A stretch of 64,000 nucleotides of DNA from an uncultured delta proteobacterium (GCA_963814585.1 CAWFDF010000010.1:128001-192000); one strand, 5' to 3'. Positions 21,905 through 36,345 are shown, counted from the stretch's first letter. Notes: generated by a model not told the origin, from the sequence alone. Translations and numbers: made by a program.

Positions 21905-22498
21905 ATGGCCACCCTCGAGTTCTTCTACGACTTCGTCTCTCCCTACAGCTACCTGGCCTCGACCCGCGTCGAGGCCATCGCCGCCCGCACCGGGGCCACG
22001 CTCCGCTGGCGGCCGTTCCTGCTGGGCGCGGTCCACAAGGCCACCGGCAACCGCGCGCCGCTGGAGGTGCCGGCCAAGGGGCGCCACATGTGGGTCGACC
22101 TGGACCGCTGGGCGGGGCGGCTCGGCGTCCCGCTGAGGCGCCCCGAGCCCTTCCCGTTCTCGTCCATGCTGGCGCTCCGGTCGGCCCTCGCCGCCGAGGC
22201 GGCCGGGAAGCTGGTGCCCTACACCCACGCCGTCTACCGGGCGCGCTGGGCCGACGGGCGGGACATCGCCGATCCCGCGGTGCTGGCGGCGGTGGCCTCC
22301 GAGGCCGGGCTCGACGGCGCCGCGGTGGTGGCGGCGGCGCCGGGCCACAAGGAGGCGCTGGCGAGGCAGACCCAGGAGGCCATCGATCGCGGCGCCTTCG
22401 GCGCGCCGGCCTGCTTCGTCGGCGACCAGCTCTTCGTCGGCAACGACCGGCTCGACTTCGTCGAGGAGGCGCTGCGGGCCGCGGCCCGCCCCACCTGA
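21905..22498 (+). CDS. DsbA-like 2-hydroxychromene-2-carboxylate isomerase / GST-kappa family
   Basis: FFYDFVSPYSYLA, WRPFLLG, GAFGAP, FVGNDRL. Confidence 0.88.
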   Translation: MATLEFFYDFVSPYSYLASTRVEAIAARTGATLRWRPFLLGAVHKATGNRAPLEVPAKGRHMWVDLDRWAGRLGVPLRRPEPFPFSSMLALRSALAAEAAGKLVPYTHAVYRARWADGRDIADPAVLAAVASEAGLDGAAVVAAAPGHKEALARQTQEAIDRGAFGAPACFVGDQLFVGNDRLDFVEEALRAAARPT

Positions 22499-22541
22499 TC
22501 GTTTGTCCCTCGACCCGCGGTCGGGGTAGGTTCCGGCCCGC

Positions 22542-23375
22542 ATGTCGCTCCTCTCAGCCATCCTGCTCGGCATCATCCAGGCGGCCACCGAGTTCCTCCC
22601 GGTCTCCTCCACCGCCCACCTGCTGATCTTCGGTGAGCTGATGGGCCAGTCGCTGGAGGAGCCGCACTTCCGCGCCTTCGTGGCCATCATCCAGTCCGGC
22701 ACGGCGCTGGCGGTGATCGTCTACTTCCGCCACGACATCTGGAAGATCCTGCGCGGCTCCATCGCCGCGCTGGCGCGGGGCACGCCGCTGGCCACGCCGG
22801 AGGCCCGGCTCGGCTGGCTCATCGTCCTCGGCACCATCCCGGCCGCGGTGCTGGGCAAGCTGCTCGAGCGCCGCATCGAGGCGCTCGGCAACTGGGTCAT
22901 CGCCGGATCGCTGGTCTTCCTCGGCGTGGTGCTGTTCGTCGCCGAGCGGCTGGCGCGCCACGTCCGGTCGGTCGAGTCGGTCGGCGTGAAGGACGCCGTG
23001 CTGGTGGGCCTGGCGCAGGCCTGGGCCCTCATCCCCGGATCGTCGCGCTCCGGCAGCACGCTCACCATGGGGATGCTGCTCGGCTTCACGCGGGAGGCGG
23101 CCGCCCGCTTCTCCTTCCTGCTCTCCGTCCCCATCATCATCGCGGCGGGCGCCTACAAGCTCTGGAAGGAGCTGCCCCGGCTGGCTGGCGCGCCCGAATG
23201 GCAGCAGGCCACCGCGGTGGCCACCCTGGTCTCCTTCGCCGCCGGCTACCTGGTCATCGGCTGGCTGCTCGGCTGGCTCCGGACCCGCCCGACCTACCTC
23301 TTCGTCGCCTGGCGCATCGCCGCCGGCCTCGCCGTCGCCATCCTCATCTCGGTGGGCGTGCTCCCGGCGTCATGA
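22542..23375 (+). CDS. uppP: Undecaprenyl-diphosphate phosphatase
   Basis: [26 protein letters not shown]. Confidence 0.93.
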   Translation: MSLLSAILLGIIQAATEFLPVSSTAHLLIFGELMGQSLEEPHFRAFVAIIQSGTALAVIVYFRHDIWKILRGSIAALARGTPLATPEARLGWLIVLGTIPAAVLGKLLERRIEALGNWVIAGSLVFLGVVLFVAERLARHVRSVESVGVKDAVLVGLAQAWALIPGSSRSGSTLTMGMLLGFTREAAARFSFLLSVPIIIAAGAYKLWKELPRLAGAPEWQQATAVATLVSFAAGYLVIGWLLGWLRTRPTYLFVAWRIAAGLAVAILISVGVLPAS

Positions 23376-23962
23376 ACCTCGCCGAGCTGGAGGCCGCCCT
23401 GGCGGCCTGGCGGCCTCGGCCCTCACCCATCGAGCGGGTCCCGGCCCGGCACTGGCCGGAGGGGGGCTTCGGCGAGGCGGCCGTGCTGGTGCCGCTCCAC
23501 GAGGAGGACGGGGTGGCCAGCGTGCTCCTGACGCTGCGGCGCACCGACCTGCGCCACCACGCCGGGCAGGTGAGCTTCCCGGGTGGCCGGCTCGATCCCG
23601 GCGAGGCGTCGCTGGACGCGGCGCTGCGCGAGGCGCGGGAGGAGGTCGGGCTGGACCCGTCGAGGGCGCGCATCCTGGGGCGGCTCTCGGAGACCGTCGT
23701 GCTCCAGTCCGCCAATCGCTTGACGCCGTGGGTGGCTTCGGTGCCATATCCCTTCCCATACGCGGCGTCGCCGCGAGAGGTGGAGGCCATCTGGCACGTC
23801 CCGATTCCGGCGCTGCTGGCGCCCGGAGTCCACCGCACGCAGGTTCACCGGTTCTACGGGATCGACGTGGACGTTCACTACTACGAGGTCGAGGGCCGGA
23901 CGATCTGGGGCGCCACGGCCCGGGTCCTCTCCGAGCTGATCGAGGTCTGGAGCGCGGGATGA
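23372..23962 (+). CDS. Nudix hydrolase, CoA pyrophosphatase type
   Basis: [33 protein letters not shown]. Confidence 0.9.
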   Translation: MNLAELEAALAAWRPRPSPIERVPARHWPEGGFGEAAVLVPLHEEDGVASVLLTLRRTDLRHHAGQVSFPGGRLDPGEASLDAALREAREEVGLDPSRARILGRLSETVVLQSANRLTPWVASVPYPFPYAASPREVEAIWHVPIPALLAPGVHRTQVHRFYGIDVDVHYYEVEGRTIWGATARVLSELIEVWSAG

Positions 23963-25041
23963 AGATCTTTCCGGTGATCATGGCGGGCGGGTCGGGGACG
24001 CGGTTCTGGCCGATGTCTCGCCGGGCCAGGCCGAAGCAGTTCCTGCCGCTGGCGGGCGACCAGCCGCTGCTGACCGCCACCGTCCGCCGCCTGCCGCCGC
24101 TGGCGAAGCCGGCCGACACCTACGTGGTCTGCGGGCCGGCCCACGCCGCCGCCGCCAAGAAGCTGGTGAGGGAGCTGCCGGCGAGGAACTTCATCGTCGA
24201 GCCGTGCGCGAGGAACACCGCGCCGTGCGTGGGGCTGGCCGCCCTCCACGTGGCGGCACGCCAGAAGCACGGCATCGTCGCCATGCTGCCGGCCGATCAC
24301 CACATCGCCCGCCCCGAGGCCTTCCGCGAGGCCATCGCCGAGGCGGCCCGGCTGGCCGAGCAGGGGCACATCGTCACCATCGGGATCCGGCCCCACGCCC
24401 CGGAGACCGGCTACGGCTACCTGAAGGTTGGCGCCAGGCTGCCCGGCAAGGCCAAGGGACGCAGCCAGGCCCACAAGGTGGAGCGGTTCGTCGAGAAGCC
24501 CGACGTGGTGACCGCGGCCCGCTACCTCGCCGACGGCCACTACCTGTGGAACTCGGGCATCTTCGTCTTCCGCGCCGACGTCATCCTCGAGGAGATCCGG
24601 CGCGTCATGCCGGTGCTGGGTGAGCAGCTGGATGCCATCCAGCAGTCGATCGGCACCCCCGGCTACCAGCGGACCCTGGCGCGCGTCTTCCCCGACTGCC
24701 CCTCCATCTCCATCGACTACGGCGTCATGGAGAAGAGCCAGAAGATCGTGGTGGTGCCGGCCGACTTCGGCTGGAGCGACGTGGGCAGCTTCGCGGCGCT
24801 CCCCGAGGTGCGCCAGACCGACCACCTCGGCAACGTGGCCGAGGGCGACGCGCTGGTGATCGACGGCCGCAACAACGTGGTCATCGCCACCGGCGCCCGG
24901 CCGGTGGCGGTGGTGGGGCTCGACGACGTGGTGGTGGTCGACGCCGGCGACGCCATCCTGGTCTGCCGGAAGTCGCGGGCCCAGGACGTCCGCAAGGCGG
25001 TCGACGAGCTGGCGCGGCGCGGCCGCGACGAGGTGCTCTAG
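23959..25041 (+). CDS. manC: Mannose-1-phosphate guanylyltransferase
   Basis: [43 protein letters not shown]. Confidence 0.93.
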   Translation: MKIFPVIMAGGSGTRFWPMSRRARPKQFLPLAGDQPLLTATVRRLPPLAKPADTYVVCGPAHAAAAKKLVRELPARNFIVEPCARNTAPCVGLAALHVAARQKHGIVAMLPADHHIARPEAFREAIAEAARLAEQGHIVTIGIRPHAPETGYGYLKVGARLPGKAKGRSQAHKVERFVEKPDVVTAARYLADGHYLWNSGIFVFRADVILEEIRRVMPVLGEQLDAIQQSIGTPGYQRTLARVFPDCPSISIDYGVMEKSQKIVVVPADFGWSDVGSFAALPEVRQTDHLGNVAEGDALVIDGRNNVVIATGARPVAVVGLDDVVVVDAGDAILVCRKSRAQDVRKAVDELARRGRDEVL

Positions 25042-26411
25042 TGTCCGGGGTGAATCCGGTCGTCTTCCGGGAGTACGACATCCGCGGCGTGGCGGGCGTC
25101 GACCTCACCGAGGAGACCGTGGGGCTGGTGGCGCGCGCGCTGGGCACCAGGGTCCGCGCCGCCGGCGGCCAGGTGGTGGTGGTGGGGCGGGACGTCCGGC
25201 TCTCCAGCCCGGCTTTCCACGGCCAGGTGGTGGCGGGGCTCACCGCCACCGGCTGCGACGTGGTCGACCTCGGCGTGGTCCCGACGCCCCTGGTCTACTT
25301 CGCGGCGCAGACCATGGCCGTGGACGGGCTCTGCATGATCACCGGCTCGCACAACCCGGCCGACTACAACGGGATGAAGATCGGGGTGGGCCCGACCACG
25401 CTCTACGGCGAGGCCATCCAGGAGATCCTGCGGATGGTGCAGCAGGGCCGGTTCGCCAGCGGGCAGGGGAGGGTGACGGCGCACGACATCGTCGCCCCTT
25501 ACCAGGACCGCGTGGTGGGGAACATCCAGCTCGGTCGCCGCCGGCTCAAGGTGGTCATCGACGCCGGCAACGGCACCGGCGGCGTCGCCGTGCCCATCTT
25601 CCAGCGGCTCGGCGTCGAGGTGGTCCCGCTCTTCATCGAGCCGGACGGCCGCTTCCCCAACCACCACCCCGACCCCACCGTGGAGAAGAACCTGGAGCCG
25701 CTGAAGCGAGCGGTGCTGGAGACGCGCGCCGACCTCGGCATCGCCTACGACGGCGACTCGGACCGGGTGGGCGCCGTCGACGAGAAGGGGCAGGTGCTGT
25801 GGGGCGACCAGCTCATGATCCTCTTCGCCCGCGCCATCCTCGCCGAGGTGCCGGGGGCGGCCATCGTCGCCGAGGTGAAGTGCTCCTTCACCCTCTACGA
25901 CGACATCGCCAGGCGCGGCGGCCGCGGCATCATGTGGAAGGCCGGCCACTCCCTCATCAAGGCCAAGATGAAGGAGGAGCACGCCGAGCTGGCCGGCGAG
26001 ATGAGCGGCCACATCTTCTTCGGGAACCGCTGGCTCGGCTTCGACGACGGCATCTACTCGTCGGCGCGCCTCGTCGAGCTGGTCAGCCGCACCGACCGGC
26101 CCCTGTCGACCCTGCTCGGTGACGTGCCGCGGACCTTCAGCACGCCGGAGCTGCGGGTCGACTGCCGGGAGGAGATCAAGTTCGAGGTGGTGCGCCGCGC
26201 CCAGGAGTTCTTCAAGCAGGGCTACCAGGCCATCACCGTCGATGGCGTGCGGGTGGTCTTCCCCGACGGCTGGGGGCTGGTGCGCGCCTCCAACACGCAG
26301 CCCATCCTGGTGCTCCGCTTCGAGGCCGTCACCGAGCCGCGGCTGGCGGAGATCCGGAGGCTGGTCGAGGATCGGGTCGGCGCCATCATCGCGGAGCTCG
26401 GCGGTCCGTGA
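25041..26411 (+). CDS. manB: Phosphomannomutase/phosphoglucomutase
   Basis: FREYDIRG, TGSHNP, DGDSDR, GEMSGH, RASNTQP. Confidence 0.93.
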   Translation: MSGVNPVVFREYDIRGVAGVDLTEETVGLVARALGTRVRAAGGQVVVVGRDVRLSSPAFHGQVVAGLTATGCDVVDLGVVPTPLVYFAAQTMAVDGLCMITGSHNPADYNGMKIGVGPTTLYGEAIQEILRMVQQGRFASGQGRVTAHDIVAPYQDRVVGNIQLGRRRLKVVIDAGNGTGGVAVPIFQRLGVEVVPLFIEPDGRFPNHHPDPTVEKNLEPLKRAVLETRADLGIAYDGDSDRVGAVDEKGQVLWGDQLMILFARAILAEVPGAAIVAEVKCSFTLYDDIARRGGRGIMWKAGHSLIKAKMKEEHAELAGEMSGHIFFGNRWLGFDDGIYSSARLVELVSRTDRPLSTLLGDVPRTFSTPELRVDCREEIKFEVVRRAQEFFKQGYQAITVDGVRVVFPDGWGLVRASNTQPILVLRFEAVTEPRLAEIRRLVEDRVGAIIAELGGP

Positions 26412-27391
26412 CGGCCCGGCTCGCCCTCGGCGTCGACCTCGGCGGGACCAACGCCCGCGCGGCGCTGGTCGATCCGGCGAGCGGCGTGGTGGTGGCGGCC
26501 CACAAGGTGCGCCACGTCGAGCGGTCTCCGGAGGCGGTGGTGGCGACCATCGCCGCCGCGGTCCGCGAGGTGGCCAGGGCGGCCGGTGTCGAGGTGGCCG
26601 GGCTGGGGGCGGCCGGCGTCGGCGTGGCCGGCCAGTGCCTGGGCAGCACCGGCACCGTCCTCAACGCCCCCAACCTGGGCTGGCGCGACGTCTCGCTCGG
26701 CGAGCCGCTCCGCGCCGCGCTCGGGCTGGAGGTGCGGGTGGTCAACGACCTCTCGGCCGCGGCGTGGGGCGAGCTGCGCTTCGGGGCGGCGCGCGGTGTC
26801 GACGACGCGGTGCTGGTCTTCGTCGGCTCGGGCGTCGGCTCGGGCCTCATCCTCGGGGGCCGGCTCCACGAGGGTGGGCGGGGCGTGGCCGGGGAGCTCG
26901 GGCACATCAAGGTGGCGCCGCGCGGCGCGACGCCGCGGCGCTGCGGCTGCGGCGAGTGGGGTTGCCTCGAGGCCTACGCCGGCGGGATGAACCTGGCGGC
27001 GCGGCTGCGCGACGAGGTGGCCGCCGGGAAGGCCGGCGGCGTGCTGGCGGCGGCCGGCGGCGAGCCCTCCGCGCTGTCGGCCTCGGCGGTGGAGGCGGCC
27101 TACGCCGCCGGCGACCCCTACGCCCGGGAGCTCTGGGCCGAGGTCGGCGAGCTGATCGGCACCGCCTGCGCCAACGTGGTGACGCTGCTCAACCCGCTGA
27201 GGCTCGTCCTCGGCGGCGGCGTGCTGCTGGGCTGCGGCAACCTGGAGCGGATCGTGCGCGCGCACGTCGCGGATCGCGCGCTGCGAGCGGCCCGGAGCGG
27301 ACTCGAGGTGCGGCGCTCCCAGCTCGGCGACGACGCCGGCGTGGTGGGCGCGGCGCTCCTCGGCGCGGCGCGACACTCGCACCAGAGGTGA
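26408..27391 (+). CDS. ROK-family sugar kinase (glucokinase/mannokinase-like)
   Basis: GVDLGGT, VVND, GELGH, CGCGEWGCLE. Confidence 0.9.
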   Translation: MTARLALGVDLGGTNARAALVDPASGVVVAAHKVRHVERSPEAVVATIAAAVREVARAAGVEVAGLGAAGVGVAGQCLGSTGTVLNAPNLGWRDVSLGEPLRAALGLEVRVVNDLSAAAWGELRFGAARGVDDAVLVFVGSGVGSGLILGGRLHEGGRGVAGELGHIKVAPRGATPRRCGCGEWGCLEAYAGGMNLAARLRDEVAAGKAGGVLAAAGGEPSALSASAVEAAYAAGDPYARELWAEVGELIGTACANVVTLLNPLRLVLGGGVLLGCGNLERIVRAHVADRALRAARSGLEVRRSQLGDDAGVVGAALLGAARHSHQR

Positions 27392-27507
27392 GATCGACCG
27401 CCCGATCCGATCACGGTCCGTGAAATCTGGCATCCGGAGGCGCTGGACCCATCCGGATCGTGCTGAGGGGAGCATGGATCGAGTGATCGATTTTCTCTTC
27501 GGCTTCC

Positions 27508-27536
27508 TTGACGGGATCGATCGCGCTTTGTAACGT
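27508..27536 (+). promoter_or_regulatory. Sigma70-type promoter upstream of the Lys-rich micro-ORF
   Basis: TTGACG (27508-27513), 17-nt spacer, TAACGT (27531-27536) in an AT-richer intergenic stretch. Confidence 0.65.
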
Positions 27537-27598
27537 GCATCCACATTGTCCATTCGTGAGTCACTCATGAAGTGAATGGACGTTCCGAGGAGGGAACT

Positions 27599-27664
27599 AT
27601 GGCTGCCAAGAAGAAGGCCGTGAAGAAGGTTGCGAAGAAGAAGACCGCCAAGAAGAAGAAGTAG
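27599..27664 (+). CDS. 21-aa Lys/Ala-rich micropeptide MAAKKKAVKKVAKKKTAKKKK (not in the ORF track)
   Basis: Strong RBS GAGGAGGG just upstream of ATG; 12 Lys codons, all AAG; own promoter and terminator. Confidence 0.8.
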   Translation: MAAKKKAVKKVAKKKTAKKKK

Positions 27665-27688
27665 CGATCGGTTCAGCAGCAGAGTGGT

Positions 27689-27722
27689 GCCGCGGCCGCC
27701 TTCGGGCGGCCGCAGCTTTTTT
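27689..27722 (+). terminator. Rho-independent terminator
   Basis: Perfect 9-bp stem GCGGCCGCC-TTCG-GGCGGCCGC (cUUCGg tetraloop) followed by AGC and six T. Confidence 0.8.
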
Positions 27723-27731
27723 GGGAGCCGC

Positions 27732-29183
27732 ATGTCGCTGACGGCGGTCGAGCTGGAGCTGGTGGTGGGGGAGCTGCAGGCGCTGCGCGGCGCGCGCGTC
27801 GACGCCGTGCGCGTCCACGCCGAGCGCGCCCTGACGCTGGAGCTGCACGGGCGCAGCGAGGCCGCGCTCCTGCTCCTCTGCGCCGAGCCCGAGGTGACCC
27901 GGCTCCACGTCAGCACCGTGCGCCCGGTCCAGCCCGCCAGCCCCTTCGCCTGGCAGGCACCGCTCCGCCAGGCGCTGGAGGGATCGCGGCTCGAGGCGCT
28001 GGAGCTGCAGGCCGGGGATCGGGTGGTGACGCTGCGCTTCGAGCGGGCCGGCGGCCGGGTCCAGCTGGTGGCGGAGCTGACCGGCCGCCACGGCAACCTC
28101 CTCCTCGTCGACGCCGGGGGCGTGGTCCGCTTCATGGCGTCGCGCGTCGCCGAGCCGGGGCGGCGCCTGGCCCCGGGCCTGCCCTGGACGCCGCCGGCGG
28201 CGCCGCGAGGTGAGCGGAGGGCCGGACCGCGCTTCGAGCCGGTGGCCGGCGCTTCCTTCCCCTGGTCCCTGGCGGTCGAGCGCCGCTACGCGGCGATCGA
28301 GGCGGAGCGGACGCTGGTCGAGGCGCGCCGGCGGCTGCGCGAGCCCTTGCGCGCGGCGCTGGCCCGGTCGAGGCGGGCGCTGGAGAGGCTGTCGGACGAG
28401 GCGGCCCGGGTGCCGGCGGCCGAGGCCGACCGGCGCGCCGGCGACCTGCTCAAGGCCAACCTCCAGGCCGTGACGCGCGGAGCCCGGGAGGTGACGCTGA
28501 CCGAGTGGACCGCCGACGGACCGGGCGAGGTGCGGGTGGCCCTCGACCCGGCGCTCACCCCGCGCCAGAACATGGAGCGCTTCTACCGGCGCTTCAAGCG
28601 GATCGCCGAGAGCGCGGCCCGGGTCGAGGCGCGGGCCGGCGAGGTCCGCGCCAGGCTCGAGGCCGTCGGGGCGCTGCTGGAGCGCGTCGACGGTGCGCCC
28701 CTGGAGGAGCTGCCGGCCATCGAGCGCGAGGCGAGGCGGCTGGCGGCCGGGCCACGGCCGGCGGCGAGGCCGCGCCGGCCGCGGGAGCAGGCCTCGCTGC
28801 CCTACCGGACCTTCCGCTCGGTGGCCGGCCTGGCCCTGCTGGTGGGGCGCGGCGCCGCCGAGAACGACCAGCTCACGCGGCGCGTGGCGCGCGGCAACGA
28901 CCTCTGGCTCCACGCTCGCGGGCTGGCCGGCGCCCACGTGATCATCCGCCTCGGCGGCCGGGAGGCCGACCAGGAGTCCCTCCTCGACGCCGCCCACCTG
29001 GCGGTCCACTTCTCCGACGCCCGCGGGGAGCCGCAGGTGGAGGTGGCCTGCACGCGGGCCAAGTACGTCCGCAAGGGGCGCGGCGCGGCCCCCGGCGCCG
29101 TCACCTACAGCCAGGAGCGGATGCTCCACCTCCGCACCGAGCCGGCGCGGCTGGCCCGGTTGCTGGCCGAGGAGGCGCCTTGA
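27732..29183 (+). CDS. rqcH: NFACT/Rqc2 family ribosome quality-control factor, 483 aa
   Basis: NFACT-N GDRVV and ELTGRHGNLLLVD; coiled coil with GDLLKANL; NFACT-R VGRGAAEND, DLWLHA, GAHVII. Confidence 0.85.
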   Translation: MSLTAVELELVVGELQALRGARVDAVRVHAERALTLELHGRSEAALLLLCAEPEVTRLHVSTVRPVQPASPFAWQAPLRQALEGSRLEALELQAGDRVVTLRFERAGGRVQLVAELTGRHGNLLLVDAGGVVRFMASRVAEPGRRLAPGLPWTPPAAPRGERRAGPRFEPVAGASFPWSLAVERRYAAIEAERTLVEARRRLREPLRAALARSRRALERLSDEAARVPAAEADRRAGDLLKANLQAVTRGAREVTLTEWTADGPGEVRVALDPALTPRQNMERFYRRFKRIAESAARVEARAGEVRARLEAVGALLERVDGAPLEELPAIEREARRLAAGPRPAARPRRPREQASLPYRTFRSVAGLALLVGRGAAENDQLTRRVARGNDLWLHARGLAGAHVIIRLGGREADQESLLDAAHLAVHFSDARGEPQVEVACTRAKYVRKGRGAAPGAVTYSQERMLHLRTEPARLARLLAEEAP

Positions 29184-29977
29184 CGGTGGACCGGGCCGCC
29201 GCCCACGATGGCGGGACCGTGGACGCGCGCGAGGTGCACCGGCAGCTCCAGCTCTTCGACGGCCGCCACCTCGGCCGGGAGGAGCGGGTGGCGGGGGCGC
29301 GCCGGATCGCCGACGAGATGGCCGGCTCGCTGGGGGAGCCGGTCAAGCTCACCGTGCACGACAACCGCTCCACCATGGTCTCCTTCCGGCGTGTCGGCGG
29401 CGGCCTGCACGTTCGCCTGCACCACATGTTCCTCGAGGCGCCCGGCGAGGTGCTCCGGGCCCTGGCCGCCTTCGCCGGCACCGCCCGGGGCGCGACGGCG
29501 AGGCGCCGCGAGGCGAGCCGGCGCATCGACCGGTTCGTCCGCGACCGGCGGGACCGGATCGGCGCGCCGAGGGTGGGGCGGCTGCAGCCGCGCGGGCGGG
29601 CTCACGATCTCGGCGCCCTCTTCGACCGGCTCAACGCCAGCGAGTTCGGCGGCGCGGTGCAGGCGCGCATCGGATGGGGCGCGGTGCGGCCGGGGCGGCG
29701 CCGGCGCACCGTCAAGACCGGCGTCTACCTGCACGAGGCCCGGGCCATCCGCATCCACCCGACGCTGGACCGCCCCGAGGTGCCCGAGTTCTACGTGGCG
29801 GCGGTGGTGTTCCACGAGATGCTCCACCAGGTGGTGCCGGTGCACGAGCGCAACGGCCGGCGGGTGGTCCACGGCGCCGAGTTCCGGCGCCGGGAGCGGG
29901 CCTACGCCGACTACCAGCGGTCGCGCGACTGGGAGAAGGCCCACCTCGGCCTGCTGCTCTCCTCGCCGGATCGCTGA
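29180..29977 (+). CDS. SprT-like zincin metalloprotease
   Basis: FDRLNASEF, IRIHPTLD, FHEMLH (29813-29827), HGAEF; TTG start overlaps the rqcH TGA after GGAGG (GTG at 29186 is an alternative). Confidence 0.75.
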   Translation: MTVDRAAAHDGGTVDAREVHRQLQLFDGRHLGREERVAGARRIADEMAGSLGEPVKLTVHDNRSTMVSFRRVGGGLHVRLHHMFLEAPGEVLRALAAFAGTARGATARRREASRRIDRFVRDRRDRIGAPRVGRLQPRGRAHDLGALFDRLNASEFGGAVQARIGWGAVRPGRRRRTVKTGVYLHEARAIRIHPTLDRPEVPEFYVAAVVFHEMLHQVVPVHERNGRRVVHGAEFRRRERAYADYQRSRDWEKAHLGLLLSSPDR

Positions 29978-30052
29978 GCGTTCCGGCCGCGGGGAGCGGG
30001 TCCCCCGGGCCAGGTGCGGGCGTGGCCCCGGGGGGCATGGCATCATGCCTCG

Positions 30053-32005
30053 ATGCGACGCTGCGCCCCGCTCCTCCTGATCGCCGCCGCCGGGTGCCTG
30101 ACGGCCCGCGGCACGGCCGACCAGCCGGTGATCACGACGGTCGAGCTGCGCGGCGTCCGGAGCGTCGACCGCTCGCAGCTCCGGGAGAAGCTGGCGACCC
30201 GCGCTTCCAGCTGTTTCATCACCTGCGACGTGGCCCACCTCGACCGGCACGAGCTGGCCGATGACGCGCTCCGCATCGCCGCCTTCTACAAGGAGCGCGG
30301 CCGCTACCTGACCGGGGTGCTGGAGCCGGAGGTCACCGACGACGGCGAGGGGCGGGTGCGGGTGCGGTTCGTGGTGAACGAGGGGCCGGAGGCGAAGGTG
30401 ACGGGGCTCACCACGCCCGGGCTGGAGGCGGTGCCCGAGGCGGCCCGCGCCCTGGTCCGCCCCGCGCTGAGGGTCGGCTCCGTCTTCACCATGGAAGCCT
30501 ACGACGGGATGCGCACGCAGCTGCTCGGCGCGCTCCGCTCCACCGGCTGGCCGCTGGCCGAGGTGAACCAGCGGGCACGCGTCCACCCGGACCTCCAGCG
30601 GGTCGACGTCACCTACGCCATCTCCCCGGGCCCCCGGCTCAGGTTCGGAGCGCTGCAGGTGACCGGCACGGCCCAGGTGCCGCCCGGCAAGGTGACGGAG
30701 CAGGCGACCCTGGAGCTGGAGCGAGGCGCCCTCTTCGACGAGCGCGCCCTGGTGCGCGCCCAGACCCGGGTCTTCAACCTGGGCGTCTTCGCCAGCGCCC
30801 GCATCGCCACCGGCCACCCCGACCTCGAGCGCGGGGAGGTGCCGCTGGTGATGAGCGTCCAGGAGGCTCCCTTCCAGACCCTGCGGGTCGGGCCGGGGAT
30901 CGCCTTCCAGACCACCCGCTGGGAGGCGCAAGGCCTGGCCACCTACACCCACCGCAACTTCCTCGGCGACCTGCGCAAGCTCCAGGTCCACCTCCAGGCC
31001 GGCTACGCCTGGATCCCCACGCCGTTCAGCCCCGACCAGCAGGGCCTGGTCGGCCGGCTGACGGCCTCCCTCGACCAGCCGGGCACCTTCGGCCCGCGGG
31101 TCGACCTCGCCACCCAGGTGGGCGGGGAGCGATCCATCGAGCAAGGCTACGCCTACTGGGCGGTGCGGGCCCGGGTGGGGACGCCGCTGCGGCTCGCCAG
31201 CCGGTGGAGGCTCCTGCCCACCTACAACATCGAGAACTACTGGGTCGACGCCGGGTTCGACCCGGCCGACGGATCCACGCCGCCGCAGCTCCAGAACTGC
31301 AACGCCAGCCGGATCTGCCTGCTCTCCTACTTCGAGCAGCGGATCACCTGGGACGGGCGCGACGACCCGGTCGACACGCACCGCGGCCTGGCGGCGGGGT
31401 TGACGGTGCAGGAGGGGTTCCGGATCGGCTCCAACGGCTACGACTACCTGCGCGTGTCGCCCGAGGTGAGCTTCTACGTCCCGCTCGGCTGGCGGACCGT
31501 GCTGGCCGGCCGCCTCCGCGTCGGCGGGCTGGTGCCCATCAACGAGACCGGCCCCGCCTCCATCGTCGCCCTCTTCACCTCCGGCGGCTCCACCACCGTC
31601 CGCGGCTACGGCACGCAGCGGCTCTCGCCCATGGTCCTGCAGGACGACCTGTGGGTGCCGACCGGCGGGAACGGGGTGGTGGAGCTCTCCCTGGAGCTCC
31701 GCCAGAAGCTGAGCGGGGCGCTCGGCGCGGTCTTCTTCGTGGACGTGGGCAACGTCTCGGAAGCCTCTGGCCAGCAGAAGGAGTGGCTGAATGCGCTCAC
31801 CCTGTCGAAGCTCCAACCCACGGCCGGGCTGGGCCTGCGCTACCGCACGCCGTTCGGGCCGGTCCGGATCGACGTCGGGTTCCGCCTGCCCACCGACCTC
31901 CGCCCCGACATCCCCTTCGAGGATCGCTTCCCGGCCGTTCCCGGCAGCTCCGGCCACAGCGAGCCGCTGATGGCGTTCCACCTGACCCTGGGCGAGGCCT
32001 ACTGA
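30053..32005 (+). CDS. tamA: Omp85/TamA-family outer membrane protein with POTRA domains
   Basis: Signal with AAGC, POTRA repeats (VRFVVNEG), GGSTTVRGY, GLGLRYRTPFGPVRIDVG, C-terminal LGEAY. Confidence 0.85.
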   Translation: MRRCAPLLLIAAAGCLTARGTADQPVITTVELRGVRSVDRSQLREKLATRASSCFITCDVAHLDRHELADDALRIAAFYKERGRYLTGVLEPEVTDDGEGRVRVRFVVNEGPEAKVTGLTTPGLEAVPEAARALVRPALRVGSVFTMEAYDGMRTQLLGALRSTGWPLAEVNQRARVHPDLQRVDVTYAISPGPRLRFGALQVTGTAQVPPGKVTEQATLELERGALFDERALVRAQTRVFNLGVFASARIATGHPDLERGEVPLVMSVQEAPFQTLRVGPGIAFQTTRWEAQGLATYTHRNFLGDLRKLQVHLQAGYAWIPTPFSPDQQGLVGRLTASLDQPGTFGPRVDLATQVGGERSIEQGYAYWAVRARVGTPLRLASRWRLLPTYNIENYWVDAGFDPADGSTPPQLQNCNASRICLLSYFEQRITWDGRDDPVDTHRGLAAGLTVQEGFRIGSNGYDYLRVSPEVSFYVPLGWRTVLAGRLRVGGLVPINETGPASIVALFTSGGSTTVRGYGTQRLSPMVLQDDLWVPTGGNGVVELSLELRQKLSGALGAVFFVDVGNVSEASGQQKEWLNALTLSKLQPTAGLGLRYRTPFGPVRIDVGFRLPTDLRPDIPFEDRFPAVPGSSGHSEPLMAFHLTLGEAY

Positions 32006-32007
32006 TC

Positions 32008-36345
<4,338 letters not shown>

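Noticed and set aside
27392..27598. Replication origin (AT-richer, GATC-rich gap)
   Set aside because: No DnaA boxes or dnaA/dnaN context; promoter, RBS and micro-ORF explain the region
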